NCBI GenBank assembly: GCA_017461945.1
Contig: JAFTSB010000067.1
Span: 42,781 to 106,780, forward strand
Direction of reading: 5' to 3'
From: Clostridia bacterium
GTDB taxonomy: Bacteria > Bacillota > Clostridia > Oscillospirales > CAG-272
Length of the DNA stretch: 64,000 nucleotides
Under the pieces are notes generated by a model, which saw only the letters and a list, made by a program, of their open reading frames with translations, ran no database searches and was not told the DNA's origin. Both the position numbers and the translations under genes were made by a program. Shown piece by piece: positions 19,218 through 28,612 of the stretch (positions are counted from its first letter, which is position 1; every line of letters begins with the position of its first letter).

Positions 19218-20531
19218 TTATTCTGCCTTGTCTTCAGCAGCCTTGGGGGCTTCGTCGGTAATGACAGCCTTCTCACGAACGAGATCCATAGCCTTCTTTA
19301 CACGCATATCGTCGGTGATAGCATCGGCAGGGATGCTTTCCTTTACCTGATCAACAGGCATATTGTATGCATCGGCAATGCGCTGATATTCGGCGTTGAT
19401 ATCCTCCTCGGTGGCCTCTACCTTTTCCAGCTCAGCAATCTTCTCCAGGGCAAGGCGAGCCTTTACCTGACGCTCTGCCTGGGGACGGAACTGCTCACGC
19501 AGGCCATCCAGGGTCATACCGGTATACTTCATGTAGGTGTTCAGATCCAAGCCGGACTGACGCAGTCTCATATCGTAATCGCGCAGGAAGTTCTCAGCCT
19601 CGGCCTCAAACATAGGAGCAGGGATATCGGCAACCAACTTCTCGATCAGGGCATCTACCAGCTTTTCGTCAGCAGCAGTGCTGGCGCTGTCCAGATGTCT
19701 CTTTTCGATCTTTGCCTTCAGATCAGCCTTGTATTCAGCAAAGGTGTCAAATTCAGAAACATCCTTTGCAAACTCGTCATCCAGCTCGGGGAGCTCGGTG
19801 CGAGTCAGAGCGTGCAGCTTGCACTTGAACACAGCCTCCTTACCGGCCAGCTCCTTGGAGTGGTACTCGGTGGGGAAGGTGACGTTTACATCAAACTCCT
19901 CGTCGATCTTCTTGCCGACGATCTGATCTTCAAATCCGGGAATAAAGGTGTTGGAGCCCAGCTTCAGAGCGTAATCCTCGCCCTTTCCGCCCTCGAATGC
20001 CTTGCCATCGCAAAAGCCCTCATAGTCGATTACAGCGGTATCGCCCATCTCGGCTGCACGGCCCAGAACCTCGGTCTCGCGAGAATTGCGCTCACGAATA
20101 ACCTCGATTTCGCGATCAACCTCCTCGTCGGTGACGGGAGCAACGGTGCGGGTAACGGCAAGACCCAGGTAATCAGCAATCTCAACCTCAGGCTTTACAA
20201 AAACCTTGGCAGAGAGAACCAGACCCTCGTCGTCCAGAGAAACAATATCAAACTCGGGCTGAGCCACGGGGTTGATCTTGGATTCCTCAAGAGCTGCGGT
20301 ATAAGCATCGGGGATGAGATCGTTAATGGCGGTTTCATAGAACACACCCTTACCGTACATCTTTTCGATAATGCTGCGAGGAGCCTTACCCTTACGGAAG
20401 CCGGGAATGCTCATCTTTTTACCTTCCTTTTGAAATGCCTTGTTTACGGCAGCATCAAAAGTCGCCTTATCAATCGAGATATGCAGCTCGTACTTGCTTG
20501 CCTCGATCTTTTCAGCTTTGACCAATTTCAT
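19218..20531 (-). CDS. tig: Trigger factor
   Basis: IPGFRKGKAP signature and FKBP domain FIPGFEDQ; tig-clpP-clpX synteny. Confidence 0.98.
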   Translation of the reverse strand: MKLVKAEKIEASKYELHISIDKATFDAAVNKAFQKEGKKMSIPGFRKGKAPRSIIEKMYGKGVFYETAINDLIPDAYTAALEESKINPVAQPEFDIVSLDDEGLVLSAKVFVKPEVEIADYLGLAVTRTVAPVTDEEVDREIEVIRERNSRETEVLGRAAEMGDTAVIDYEGFCDGKAFEGGKGEDYALKLGSNTFIPGFEDQIVGKKIDEEFDVNVTFPTEYHSKELAGKEAVFKCKLHALTRTELPELDDEFAKDVSEFDTFAEYKADLKAKIEKRHLDSASTAADEKLVDALIEKLVADIPAPMFEAEAENFLRDYDMRLRQSGLDLNTYMKYTGMTLDGLREQFRPQAERQVKARLALEKIAELEKVEATEEDINAEYQRIADAYNMPVDQVKESIPADAITDDMRVKKAMDLVREKAVITDEAPKAAEDKAE

Positions 20532-20645
20532 TTTTTCATCCTCCAGAGAATTAGAAAATTTCACACATCGTATATTTTACTGTTTTCACACTGGTTTGTC
20601 AAGAGTTTTCCATAAAATAATAATATAAAGCGTGGAAAATACGCT

Positions 20646-21368
20646 TCAAACGATTAAAAAAGGGGTAAAATTTAAGAAATCGGAAGAAATCATCCGAATG
20701 GAAAGCTCGCCGACTTGCTTTGTGGCAGGAATGTGATAGGTGCCGTGGATGTGCCCGTGGTAGCAGCGCCGTATGCCATAGCTTGAAAGCAGGTCAATGA
20801 TCTCCTTACATTCAAAGCCATTCCAAATGGGAGGGAAATGCAAAAAAACCAAAATTTCTTTATCGGCATTTTCGCCGGTTTTCAGCGCCATGGCAGCATC
20901 CAAGCTGAGCTTTAGTCGAAGAACCTCGCGGTTAACAATCTTGGCATAATCCACATCGCCAACCGTTTGTTGCTGCCCTTCTTCTACAAACCAACCGCGC
21001 GTGCCGCAAACAATATAGTTTTCAATCACAAAGGCGTTGTTGTAAAGCAGATTCAAGGTCGAAATTTGGTTTTCGGCAAAGAAACGCCCCATCTTTGCGG
21101 CGGTTTCCCACCAAAAATCGTGGTTGCCCTTGCCAAGATATTTTTGCCCGGGAAGGGAATCCAAAAGCTTGAAATCCTCTCGCGCCTCGTTCAGATGCAT
21201 CGCCCAAGAAACGTCGCCGGGAATAATGACAGAATCCCGCTCGCCAACCACGGCACGCCAATTCTTGCAAATCTTTTCGGTGTAACCTTGCCAACGGGCG
21301 CCGAACACGTCCATAGCATGATCTGAGCCGTTTGACAAGTGAAGATCGGCGATAACAAAAAGTGACAT
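20646..21368 (-). CDS. Calcineurin-like metallophosphoesterase
   Basis: ADLH, PGDVSW, GNHD, HFPP and GHIH motifs. Confidence 0.9.
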   Translation of the reverse strand: MSLFVIADLHLSNGSDHAMDVFGARWQGYTEKICKNWRAVVGERDSVIIPGDVSWAMHLNEAREDFKLLDSLPGQKYLGKGNHDFWWETAAKMGRFFAENQISTLNLLYNNAFVIENYIVCGTRGWFVEEGQQQTVGDVDYAKIVNREVLRLKLSLDAAMALKTGENADKEILVFLHFPPIWNGFECKEIIDLLSSYGIRRCYHGHIHGTYHIPATKQVGELSIRMISSDFLNFTPFLIV

Positions 21369-21389
21369 AACGGCTCCTTTCTAAAAAGT

Positions 21390-21419
21390 GTATAAGTGAA
21401 GGGAAAGTGGGGCAAACTG
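21390..21419 (+). promoter_or_regulatory. SigmaF/sigmaG-type forespore promoter
   Basis: GTATA-15-GGGCAAACTG upstream of the DUF1540 gene. Confidence 0.5.
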
Positions 21420-21449
21420 ATATCATCCCGGGAAAGGAGATGAAATCAA

Positions 21450-21635
21450 ATGGAAATGAACAAGAAAAACGATTGCTGTGAAAACGTCAACCAAGGCATT
21501 ACCTGTGACGTTAAGAACTGCCAATACCACGAGGGCGATTGCTATTGCACCGCACACAAGATTGCGGTTGGCCCCAGCTTCGCTACGTCCAGCACCGATA
21601 CGGTGTGCGCCACTTTTAAGCCCAAGAAGGACTGA
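21450..21635 (+). CDS. DUF1540-family small Cys-rich protein
   Basis: ITCDVKNCQYH...YCTA...TVCATF pattern; aggag SD. Confidence 0.8.
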   Translation: MEMNKKNDCCENVNQGITCDVKNCQYHEGDCYCTAHKIAVGPSFATSSTDTVCATFKPKKD

Positions 21636-21688
21636 TTTTATCTTTTCTTGCAAAACGGAGCAAATTTGCTCCGTTTTGTCTTTTATGA

Positions 21689-23170
21689 TCAGCCAAGATA
21701 TTTCTGAACGGCCTTCCACATATCGGCAGCAGGAACCACGTCGGTAAAGCGAATCTTTCGCTGCCCAATGCCGCGCAAGGGATAAGGGATTTCGGTACCG
21801 GTTTTCGCAGAAAGCTCATCCAGCGCAGCCAAAGGATCGGTAGGATTGGTGCCGTAAAGAGAACGGTAAACATCGTTTGCAAACTTGTAAGGGCTGGCGG
21901 TAGAGGCCACGACCATAGGCTTGGTATCGCCGGACACCTTCATATACTGGCGAGCGGCCGAAAGTGCAACTGCAGTGTGCGTGTCGGCCAAATATCCCGA
22001 CTCTTTCATGGTGTCTCGGATGGTTTGGGCGGTCTCCTCCTCGTTGGCGCAGAAGCCACTAAAGGAGGCGTCAATTGCCTTTTTGATTTCAGGCTCTATG
22101 GTATAAGCACCGGTTTTATTCAAGGACTCCATGTAAGCTGCCGTATGCTCGGCACCGGCCATGAAATAGAGGAGACGCTCCAGGTTGCTGGAGATCAGAA
22201 TGTCCATAGAAGGGGACATGGTCAAATGGAAGGCGCGGTTACGGTCATACGTGCCGGTCCGGAAGAAGTCGGTCAAAATATTGTTTTTATTAGAGGCACA
22301 GACCAGACGATCAATGGGGAGACCCATGAGCTTGGCAATATAGGCGGCCAGAATATTGCCGAAATTGCCGGTGGGGACCGTAACATTCATTTTCTCGCCC
22401 ATTTGTAGCGTACCGTTGTTCAACAGATCGCAGTAAGCCGATACATAGTATACGATCTGCGGTGCAAGACGTCCCCAGTTGATCGAGTTGGCAGAGGAGA
22501 AGAAAAATCCTTTTTCATTGAGATATTTCACATCCTCGTCGCTGGAGAAGATCTTTTTCACGCCGGTTTGTGCATCATCAAAGTTGCCGTTAATGGCGCA
22601 AACATACACATTATTGCCAGTTTGGGTCTGCATCTGCAGCTTTTGGACACGGCTGACACCGTCAACAGGGTAAAACACCACCATTTTAATACGGTCAATG
22701 TCCTTATAGCCCTCCAATGCCGCTTTGCCGGTATCACCGGAGGTTGCGACCAAAATCAGCGCTGTGCGCTCCTCGCCGGTCTTGACCAAAGCACGGGAGA
22801 GCAAACGGGGCATGATCTGCAGAGCCATATCCTTGAAGGCAGCAGTGGGACCGTGCCAAAGCTCCATAGAAAACACGTTGTTCTTCAGAGCCACCAAGGG
22901 CGCAGCACCGCCCACAAAGGAGCTTTCCGCATAGGCGGCACGGCAGTCGGCCAGCAACTCCTCCTCGGTATAGTCGGTTAAAAATTTGCCCAAAATTTTT
23001 GCAGCGCGCGTAGGATAATCAGCGTTGCGCAATGCCTCGATCTCGGCTACGGTTAAGGTGGGAATGGATTCGGGCACAAACAGACCCCCATCCGAAGCAA
23101 GACCTTGCTTGATCACCTGTGCGGCAGAAAATTTAGTGGCGCTTTGATCGCGAGTACTTTGAAATTTCAT
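21689..23170 (-). CDS. thrC: Threonine synthase
   Basis: GLASDGGLFVP, ELWHGPTAAFKDMAL, ATSGDTG, NSINWGR and VPTGNFGN. Confidence 0.97.
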   Translation of the reverse strand: MKFQSTRDQSATKFSAAQVIKQGLASDGGLFVPESIPTLTVAEIEALRNADYPTRAAKILGKFLTDYTEEELLADCRAAYAESSFVGGAAPLVALKNNVFSMELWHGPTAAFKDMALQIMPRLLSRALVKTGEERTALILVATSGDTGKAALEGYKDIDRIKMVVFYPVDGVSRVQKLQMQTQTGNNVYVCAINGNFDDAQTGVKKIFSSDEDVKYLNEKGFFFSSANSINWGRLAPQIVYYVSAYCDLLNNGTLQMGEKMNVTVPTGNFGNILAAYIAKLMGLPIDRLVCASNKNNILTDFFRTGTYDRNRAFHLTMSPSMDILISSNLERLLYFMAGAEHTAAYMESLNKTGAYTIEPEIKKAIDASFSGFCANEEETAQTIRDTMKESGYLADTHTAVALSAARQYMKVSGDTKPMVVASTASPYKFANDVYRSLYGTNPTDPLAALDELSAKTGTEIPYPLRGIGQRKIRFTDVVPAADMWKAVQKYLG

Positions 23171-23198
23171 GATAGATATGCTCCTTTAATAGGTTTCA

Positions 23199-23600
23199 TT
23201 AGTGCAAGGAACCGTCCGCGCCAAAGGCGTCGGGAATGTGGTTCACCTTAAAAGGCTTGTTGGTGGATCGGTTCAAGTAGATTTCAATCACATCCAAGCG
23301 TGGGATAAGGTTTGTGGGGTGTTCTTGGAGATAATAGCGCATCGCTTCGACGGTTCGCCGCCTTTTGGCCATATTGACAGCCATAGAAGGGCGGCGTTTC
23401 AAGGAATCCTCCGAACACTCAAAGGTCAGGGATTTTACCTCCACAAAGACAATATAGCGGCCGTCGCGCATTACAAGATCCAGTTCATTCTTGCCACATT
23501 GGCAATTTCGATTCAAGAGCTTGTATCCTTGCTTTTTTAAGTGTCTTGCAGCCGCATCCTCGCCTAAAAATCCGATGTCTTTTTTAGAAAACAGCTTCAT
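23199..23600 (-). CDS. YraN-family putative endonuclease
   Basis: GEDAAARHL, ELDLV, VFVEVK and RLDVI; lies after rnhB. Confidence 0.88.
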   Translation of the reverse strand: MKLFSKKDIGFLGEDAAARHLKKQGYKLLNRNCQCGKNELDLVMRDGRYIVFVEVKSLTFECSEDSLKRRPSMAVNMAKRRRTVEAMRYYLQEHPTNLIPRLDVIEIYLNRSTNKPFKVNHIPDAFGADGSLH

Positions 23601-24196
23601 TGATCCAAGAACCGAATGAATTTGGTGCGATAGATCTCGCAAGGACCGTATTGGCGCAAGGCATCCATATGCGCTTTTGTGCCGTAACCTTTGTGCTTGG
23701 CAATGCCGTATTGGGGATATTTTGCATCCAACTCGGCGCACAGGCGATCACGGGTCACCTTGGCTAAAATTGAAGCGGCAGCGATGCTGGGAGAGGTGGC
23801 ATCACCGTGAACCACAGCACGGCAGGGAAGTGTGAAATCGCGTGTAATATTCCCGTCGATCAAGGCAAAATCGGGCTTGGGATCCAGTTGATCAATGGCC
23901 TCGCGCATAGCGTGCAACGTGGTGGAAAGAATATCCGTTTCGTTGATCTCCTCTACACTCCCCAGCACAATGGCATAAGCAACGGCGTTTTCGCAGATCT
24001 GATCGTACAGGATCTCGCGTTTTTTCTCGCTCAATTTTTTAGAGTCGTTTAACCCCTCCAGCACAAGCCCGGTAGGCAAGATGCAGGCTGCGGCGGCAAC
24101 CGGTCCGCACAAGGGGCCTCGTCCCGCCTCGTCCACACCGCAAATAAGGGAATACCCTTGGCGGATCAGCTCTTCTTCCAATTCATATGTCAGCAT
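23597..24196 (-). CDS. rnhB: Ribonuclease HII
   Basis: GVDEAGRGPL, DSKKL, SIAAASILAKVTRD and HKGYGT. Confidence 0.97.
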   Translation of the reverse strand: MLTYELEEELIRQGYSLICGVDEAGRGPLCGPVAAAACILPTGLVLEGLNDSKKLSEKKREILYDQICENAVAYAIVLGSVEEINETDILSTTLHAMREAIDQLDPKPDFALIDGNITRDFTLPCRAVVHGDATSPSIAAASILAKVTRDRLCAELDAKYPQYGIAKHKGYGTKAHMDALRQYGPCEIYRTKFIRFLDQ

Positions 24197-24198
24197 GA

Positions 24199-25074
24199 TT
24201 ACGGTGCCTCCTTACCAAGGAAATCCAGCGTAATGCGGCCGATTTTGGCAGCGCGGAACTCGTCCAACAGGGTGTTGGCGGTCCGCTCCTCATTGATATC
24301 GCCGCCGCTGATCAAAAAACCGCGCTTCTTACCGATCAGCTCAAAAAGCTCATAATCGGTTAGCTCTGACGCTGCATCGGGATCGAATTTATAGCGAGCG
24401 CCCAGCAAAGCAGGGTAGTGGGAACGCAGCTTGTGGCATAACGCCACGGCAAGCGTCTCGATCTGTACGACGTCATCCTTGATGGCGCCGGTGATCGCCA
24501 GATTTTCGCCAATTCTTCGATCATCAAATCGCGGCCAAAGCACGCCGGGCATATCCATCAGATCCAGCCCTAAAGAGGTGCTGACCCATTGTGGGGCAAG
24601 CGTTACACCGGGGCGATTTTCCACCTTGGCTTTTTTATTGCCGCAAAGGCGATTGATCAGAGAGGATTTTCCCACATTGGGGATTCCTACAACCATTGCG
24701 CGCAGCTTGCGTCCGCTCATACCCTTTTGATTGTAGCGTTCGATCTTATCCGAAAGCAGCGCGCGGATAGTGGGCATCAGCTTGTCCATTCCTTTGCCGC
24801 TGACACAGTCCACGGCAAGGCATGTCTGGCCAAGGGAACGATAATGGGCGATCCAACGCTCGGTGGCATCGGGATCTGCCAGCATCGCCTTGTTTAACAG
24901 CGTGACCACCGGTTTTCCCTCGGTCAGCTTTTCGATTTCGGGGTTGCGGGAGCTATACGGAATGCGCGCATCCAAAAGCTCGATCAAAACATCCACATTT
25001 TTAAGATTTTCCTGCATCAAACGGCGGGTTTTCGCCATATGACCGGGAAACCATTGAATAATATCTGTTGGCAT
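24199..25074 (-). CDS. rbgA: Ribosome biogenesis GTPase RbgA (YlqF)
   Basis: IQWFPGHMAK, DARIPYSSRNP and GIPNVGKSSLIN. Confidence 0.96.
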   Translation of the reverse strand: MPTDIIQWFPGHMAKTRRLMQENLKNVDVLIELLDARIPYSSRNPEIEKLTEGKPVVTLLNKAMLADPDATERWIAHYRSLGQTCLAVDCVSGKGMDKLMPTIRALLSDKIERYNQKGMSGRKLRAMVVGIPNVGKSSLINRLCGNKKAKVENRPGVTLAPQWVSTSLGLDLMDMPGVLWPRFDDRRIGENLAITGAIKDDVVQIETLAVALCHKLRSHYPALLGARYKFDPDAASELTDYELFELIGKKRGFLISGGDINEERTANTLLDEFRAAKIGRITLDFLGKEAP

Positions 25075-25081
25075 TGTTACC

Positions 25082-25711
25082 TCATTCTACCTTTCCAAAG
25101 GAGGAAAAGGGACTTAAGCGAAGCAGAACCTTTCCCAAAACGCGGCGCTCATCCACAAGCCCCACATAATGTGAACGGCTGTCAGCCGAGTTGTTGCGAT
25201 TATCGCCCATTACAAAAAGATACCCTTCGGGAACAGCAAAGGTCTCCTCTGCGCGACCTCCAACTGCCTCTTTCCAAGCGCCGTTGGGGTTGGCAAAATA
25301 GGCATAATTGCTCTCATCAATTACTTCGTTTTCTGTAAAATCAGCATCGTTTGATACATACACCTTATTTTCAGTATAGTTGATGCGCACGTGTTGACCG
25401 CCTGTGGCGATCACGCGCTTGACAATGGGCTCGTTGAACTGATCATAAACTTCGCTGGTTTGGTGAAAAACAATGATGTCGCCCTGCTTGGGAGTATACA
25501 TAAAATTGGAAATCAAAACGCGCTCGTTGTGCTGCAGGGTCTGATTCATCGAAGGACCATTGACAGCGCAAAGGCGTACTGCAAAGGTCATCAGCAAAAT
25601 CACCGCCACAGCGGCGAACACAAACATTTCCATATACTCAAATAGCGCGGCGGTGAAGCTTTTTTCCTTTTGGGGAGCAGGGGAGGGGGTGATTTCGGTT
25701 TGCTCGTTCAT
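25082..25711 (-). CDS. lepB: Signal peptidase I
   Basis: GPSMNQTL, VKRVIA and MGDNRNNSADSR. Confidence 0.95.
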   Translation of the reverse strand: MNEQTEITPSPAPQKEKSFTAALFEYMEMFVFAAVAVILLMTFAVRLCAVNGPSMNQTLQHNERVLISNFMYTPKQGDIIVFHQTSEVYDQFNEPIVKRVIATGGQHVRINYTENKVYVSNDADFTENEVIDESNYAYFANPNGAWKEAVGGRAEETFAVPEGYLFVMGDNRNNSADSRSHYVGLVDERRVLGKVLLRLSPFSSFGKVE

Positions 25712-25721
25712 AAAAACCTCC

Positions 25722-26936
25722 TTATTTTTCGATGAGAAGCTCCATGAGTTGATAACCGTTGGCCACATAATAATTCTGTTGTGCGGCGCTTTCCTCTGAA
25801 AAATGACAAACACCGTTCTGTGTATTGCTGGAGGAATAGATCATAAAGGGAACCGGCAAAATGGTGTGGGTGCGCAAACGAATGGGAGTTGGATGATCGG
25901 GCAGAATCATCACCTTAAATTCCTCTCCGGTGCTACGCAGATAGTCCAAAACAGGCGAAAGGATCTCGGCATCGATCTTTTCCACGGCCATCACCTTATT
26001 TTCCAGTTCGGCGCGGTGGCCGCACTCATCGGGGCCTTCAACGTGAACGTAAACATACTCATAACCGTCACGGAACGCTTGTACGGCAGCATCTGCCTTG
26101 CCCTTGTAATTGGTGTGACAGTTGCCGGTGGCACCTTCTACATCGATCGAACGCATGCCGGCGCAAAGGCCAATGCCCTTGATAAGATCCACGGCAGAGA
26201 TCACGGCACCCTTCAATCCCCATTTTTCAGAGAAGGAAGGAAGCTGCGGCTTTTTGCCGGGGCTCCACAGCCAAGCGGAATTGGCAGGCTTTAAGCCACG
26301 GGCACGTCGGACCTCATTAACGGGATGATGATTTAAAACATCAAAGCTTTTGCGCATCAGTTCATAAAACGCCGCACCGCCATTTTCCGCCTTGGGCAGA
26401 TAGTCTCCGATACGCTGCCCCAAGATATCGTGAGGACGATTAAAGTCATAACGATCATCACCATTTTTCCAAATCAGGCAATGACGATAACTGATGCCGG
26501 TATGAAAGGTCTTGATCTCGTCGCCCATTTCTGCCTGCAAGGCCTTGATCAACTGATCGGCTTCCTCAGTACTGATCTCGTCAGCGCTATGATCCAAAAT
26601 GATCTTATCGTCATAGTCCTCGCCGTTGTCGCTCAGGGTCACCACGTTGCAACGATAAGCGGTTTCGTCAGGCTGCATTTCGATGCCGATGCTGACAGCC
26701 TCCAATGGGGAACGACCCTTGGAAAAAACCTTGGGATCATACGAAAGAATCGCAAGATTGGCGGTGTCACTTTCCGGCACCATTCCTTGCGGTACATTCG
26801 AAACAGTACCTACCAGTGATTCCTTGGCCAAAGCATCCATACAGGGCTTGTGCGCTTTTTGCATGGGCGTGACGCCGCCCAACGCTTCAATAGGCTCGTC
26901 GGCCATGCCGTCTGGAATCAAAACGAAATATTTCAT
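25722..26936 (-). CDS. apgM: Cofactor-independent phosphoglycerate mutase, ApgM family
   Basis: DGMADEP, ESDTANL, GRSPLEA, HVEGPDECGH and DHPTP. Confidence 0.85.
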   Translation of the reverse strand: MKYFVLIPDGMADEPIEALGGVTPMQKAHKPCMDALAKESLVGTVSNVPQGMVPESDTANLAILSYDPKVFSKGRSPLEAVSIGIEMQPDETAYRCNVVTLSDNGEDYDDKIILDHSADEISTEEADQLIKALQAEMGDEIKTFHTGISYRHCLIWKNGDDRYDFNRPHDILGQRIGDYLPKAENGGAAFYELMRKSFDVLNHHPVNEVRRARGLKPANSAWLWSPGKKPQLPSFSEKWGLKGAVISAVDLIKGIGLCAGMRSIDVEGATGNCHTNYKGKADAAVQAFRDGYEYVYVHVEGPDECGHRAELENKVMAVEKIDAEILSPVLDYLRSTGEEFKVMILPDHPTPIRLRTHTILPVPFMIYSSSNTQNGVCHFSEESAAQQNYYVANGYQLMELLIEK

Positions 26937-27042
26937 GACAAATTCCTCATTAAATATATAAAATTATATTTTATTATATCATATTATAACGTACAGAGCA
27001 ACAGCGAAAATCGGATTTTTTGAAAAATTTACGAAAAAATAA

Positions 27043-27074
27043 AGAGTCGATCCTGAAAAAATCAAGATCGACTC
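27043..27074 (-). terminator. Probable terminator
   Basis: agagtcgatc/gatcgactct stem with a minus-strand T run. Confidence 0.55.
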
Positions 27075-27087
27075 TACGTTTTTATAA

Positions 27088-27507
27088 TTAGAGGCTGTCA
27101 ACGATGCGATGTGCCCAATCCAGACAAGCTTTCTTTTCCTCATCCTTAACGCTGTTAAGGAAGGGAAGGAAGCTGCTCTTTACATAAAAGACCTCGTCCT
27201 TAACGTTAGTTCCGGCCTCGGCCAAAATACCTTTAACGTACTTGGCACCGGCTTCGTTGCCGTCGATAACCAAAGCCACGTTCTGGGCACGAGCCTTGGT
27301 CAGCTCGCGGCAGAACAAGCGAACCTGGTTTTCCAGATCGCCCTTGGTAGCAAGCAGCAGAACAACCAAACGCTCGTTATTGCAGGAATAAGCAGGAGGA
27401 ATAACGTCGGTAGCGTTGATGTCAAGACCAAACTCCTGATGAATCATAGGGGCGAGAGCGGCAACTTTGCCTTTGCCGGTATGAAGAACGCGCATTTTGA
27501 TAGCCAT
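27088..27507 (-). CDS. Hypothetical protein, possible flavodoxin-like fold
   Basis: 139 aa alpha/beta pattern, ggagg SD, own extended -10 promoter. Confidence 0.65.
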   Translation of the reverse strand: MAIKMRVLHTGKGKVAALAPMIHQEFGLDINATDVIPPAYSCNNERLVVLLLATKGDLENQVRLFCRELTKARAQNVALVIDGNEAGAKYVKGILAEAGTNVKDEVFYVKSSFLPFLNSVKDEEKKACLDWAHRIVDSL

Positions 27508-27676
27508 GAAAAAACCTCCAAAATATGTTTAAAATATCATGTAAATATGATCTTATTATAGTATAACATAGCAGGGAAGCATAACGCAAATATTTTTATA
27601 AAAAAAGAATAAAATCGGAGTTTTTAACAGTTTTTTATGGCATTTTTTATTCAAAATGCTTTAATAAACCCTTCTT

Positions 27677-27708
27677 TTTTTTGTTGTTGACTTGTCAACA
27701 ACAAAAAA
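27677..27708. repeat. Perfect 15-bp inverted repeat
   Basis: ttttttgttgttgac-tt-gtcaacaacaaaaaa. Confidence 0.8.
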
Positions 27709-27758
27709 GGGTGCCATTACAATTATTTTAAATAAGTCAAGGTATCAATTGTTTTTCG

Positions 27759-28145
27759 CATTTAAAATTTTTAATAAAAGCCAAAGATGGAATTGTCTAT
27801 TAAAAAAAATAATCAAAGATAATAATAAATATTTTTTATGGAAACAATCCGTGGTCGTTGCAGCAGTTTTTTGTAGAATGAAAAGATTAAATACTTTCAT
27901 TAAAAATTTTAAATAAAAACGATGGATCGTCCATCCGGCAACTTTTTATTGATTGGCGGAAAACGCGTTCGCAAATGGCAATGAAAATTTTTGAACAAAA
28001 CAAGGGAGAGTCCGTTGAAAGAAATTTTAAAAAAGCATATATGATCCGCCACAGCCTTTATAACATTAAAAATTTTCAACGAAAACGATGAACTGTCCAT
28101 AAGATCCATTTTTATTAAACGCATCCAAGCGATCGGCACGCGTTC
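27759..28145. repeat. Degenerate ~37-bp direct repeats in an AT-rich intergenic region
   Basis: Copies at 27898 and 28064 are 31/37 identical; 27979 is 26/37 to 27898; weaker copies at ~27759 and ~27823. Confidence 0.55.
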
Positions 28146-28317
28146 AGAATAAAAGGTATTAAAAGTTCAAAACGCTCCTTGGCTCAGGGGCTATTTATTT
28201 ACCAATGTAGATCAGAAAGAACACTTCGAAACAAACCTCGCTAAAAACACCATTTAACAAAGACATCCGCATTGCAACGCGTTCGATTGATTTATCCCGG
28301 CTTTTTTATCCCCTTTT

Positions 28318-28343
28318 TTATACAAAACTTTGATTTTGTATAA
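28318..28343. other. Palindromic tyrosine-recombinase-type site (candidate dif; attL of the prophage)
   Basis: TTATACAAAA-CTTTGA-TTTTGTATAA: perfect 10-bp arms and 6-bp spacer; AAAA-CTnnnn-TTTT core resembles difSL/difH. Confidence 0.6.
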
Positions 28344-28385
28344 TTTAATACATATTTTAAAAAGGGGTAAGCCCTCCACGTTTAT

Positions 28386-28414
28386 AGTATATCATACTCT
28401 TTTTGTTTTGTCAA
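28386..28414 (-). promoter_or_regulatory. Outward-facing sigmaA promoter at the prophage left end (faces the phage operon in the circle)
   Basis: Minus strand TTGACA-17-TATACT with extended TG; predicted TSS ~28379. Confidence 0.75.
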
Positions 28415-28440
28415 GAAGTAATTTGCGCCAACTGGGTGGG

Positions 28441-28507
28441 GCGAAGGGGCGCTGCACTTGGGTGCCCCCCACTACTGGTGGGGCCCCCAAGTGAGCGCCA
28501 TTTTCGC
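28441..28507. other. GC-rich long hairpin, candidate rolling-circle origin or packaging signal
   Basis: Nested stems gcgaa/ttcgc, ggcgct/agcgcc, cacttggg/cccaagtg and ccccac/gtgggg with a TACTG loop. Confidence 0.5.
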
Positions 28508-28612
28508 AAAGCAAAAAGCCGTAGCGCTTGCGCCACGGCTTCAATTTGCCCTACTCTTAGACTTGCTCCGTTATGGACGGGCTTCGTAAACAAGCCGAAA
28601 GGAGGTGATATT

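Noticed and set aside
27759-28145. CRISPR array (37-bp units with 44-48 bp gaps)
   Set aside because: Units are too divergent, gap sequences share motifs with each other, and there are no cas genes in the window.
27520-28310. oriC, or the ORFs 27692-27916 and 27909-28139
   Set aside because: No cluster of TTATCCACA boxes and no dnaA context. The ORFs lack SDs and look like translations of AT-rich non-coding DNA.
28403-28612. N-terminal 70 aa of the 98-aa ORF 28403-28699
   Set aside because: It runs through hairpins. The strong SD and the paralog place the start at 28613.
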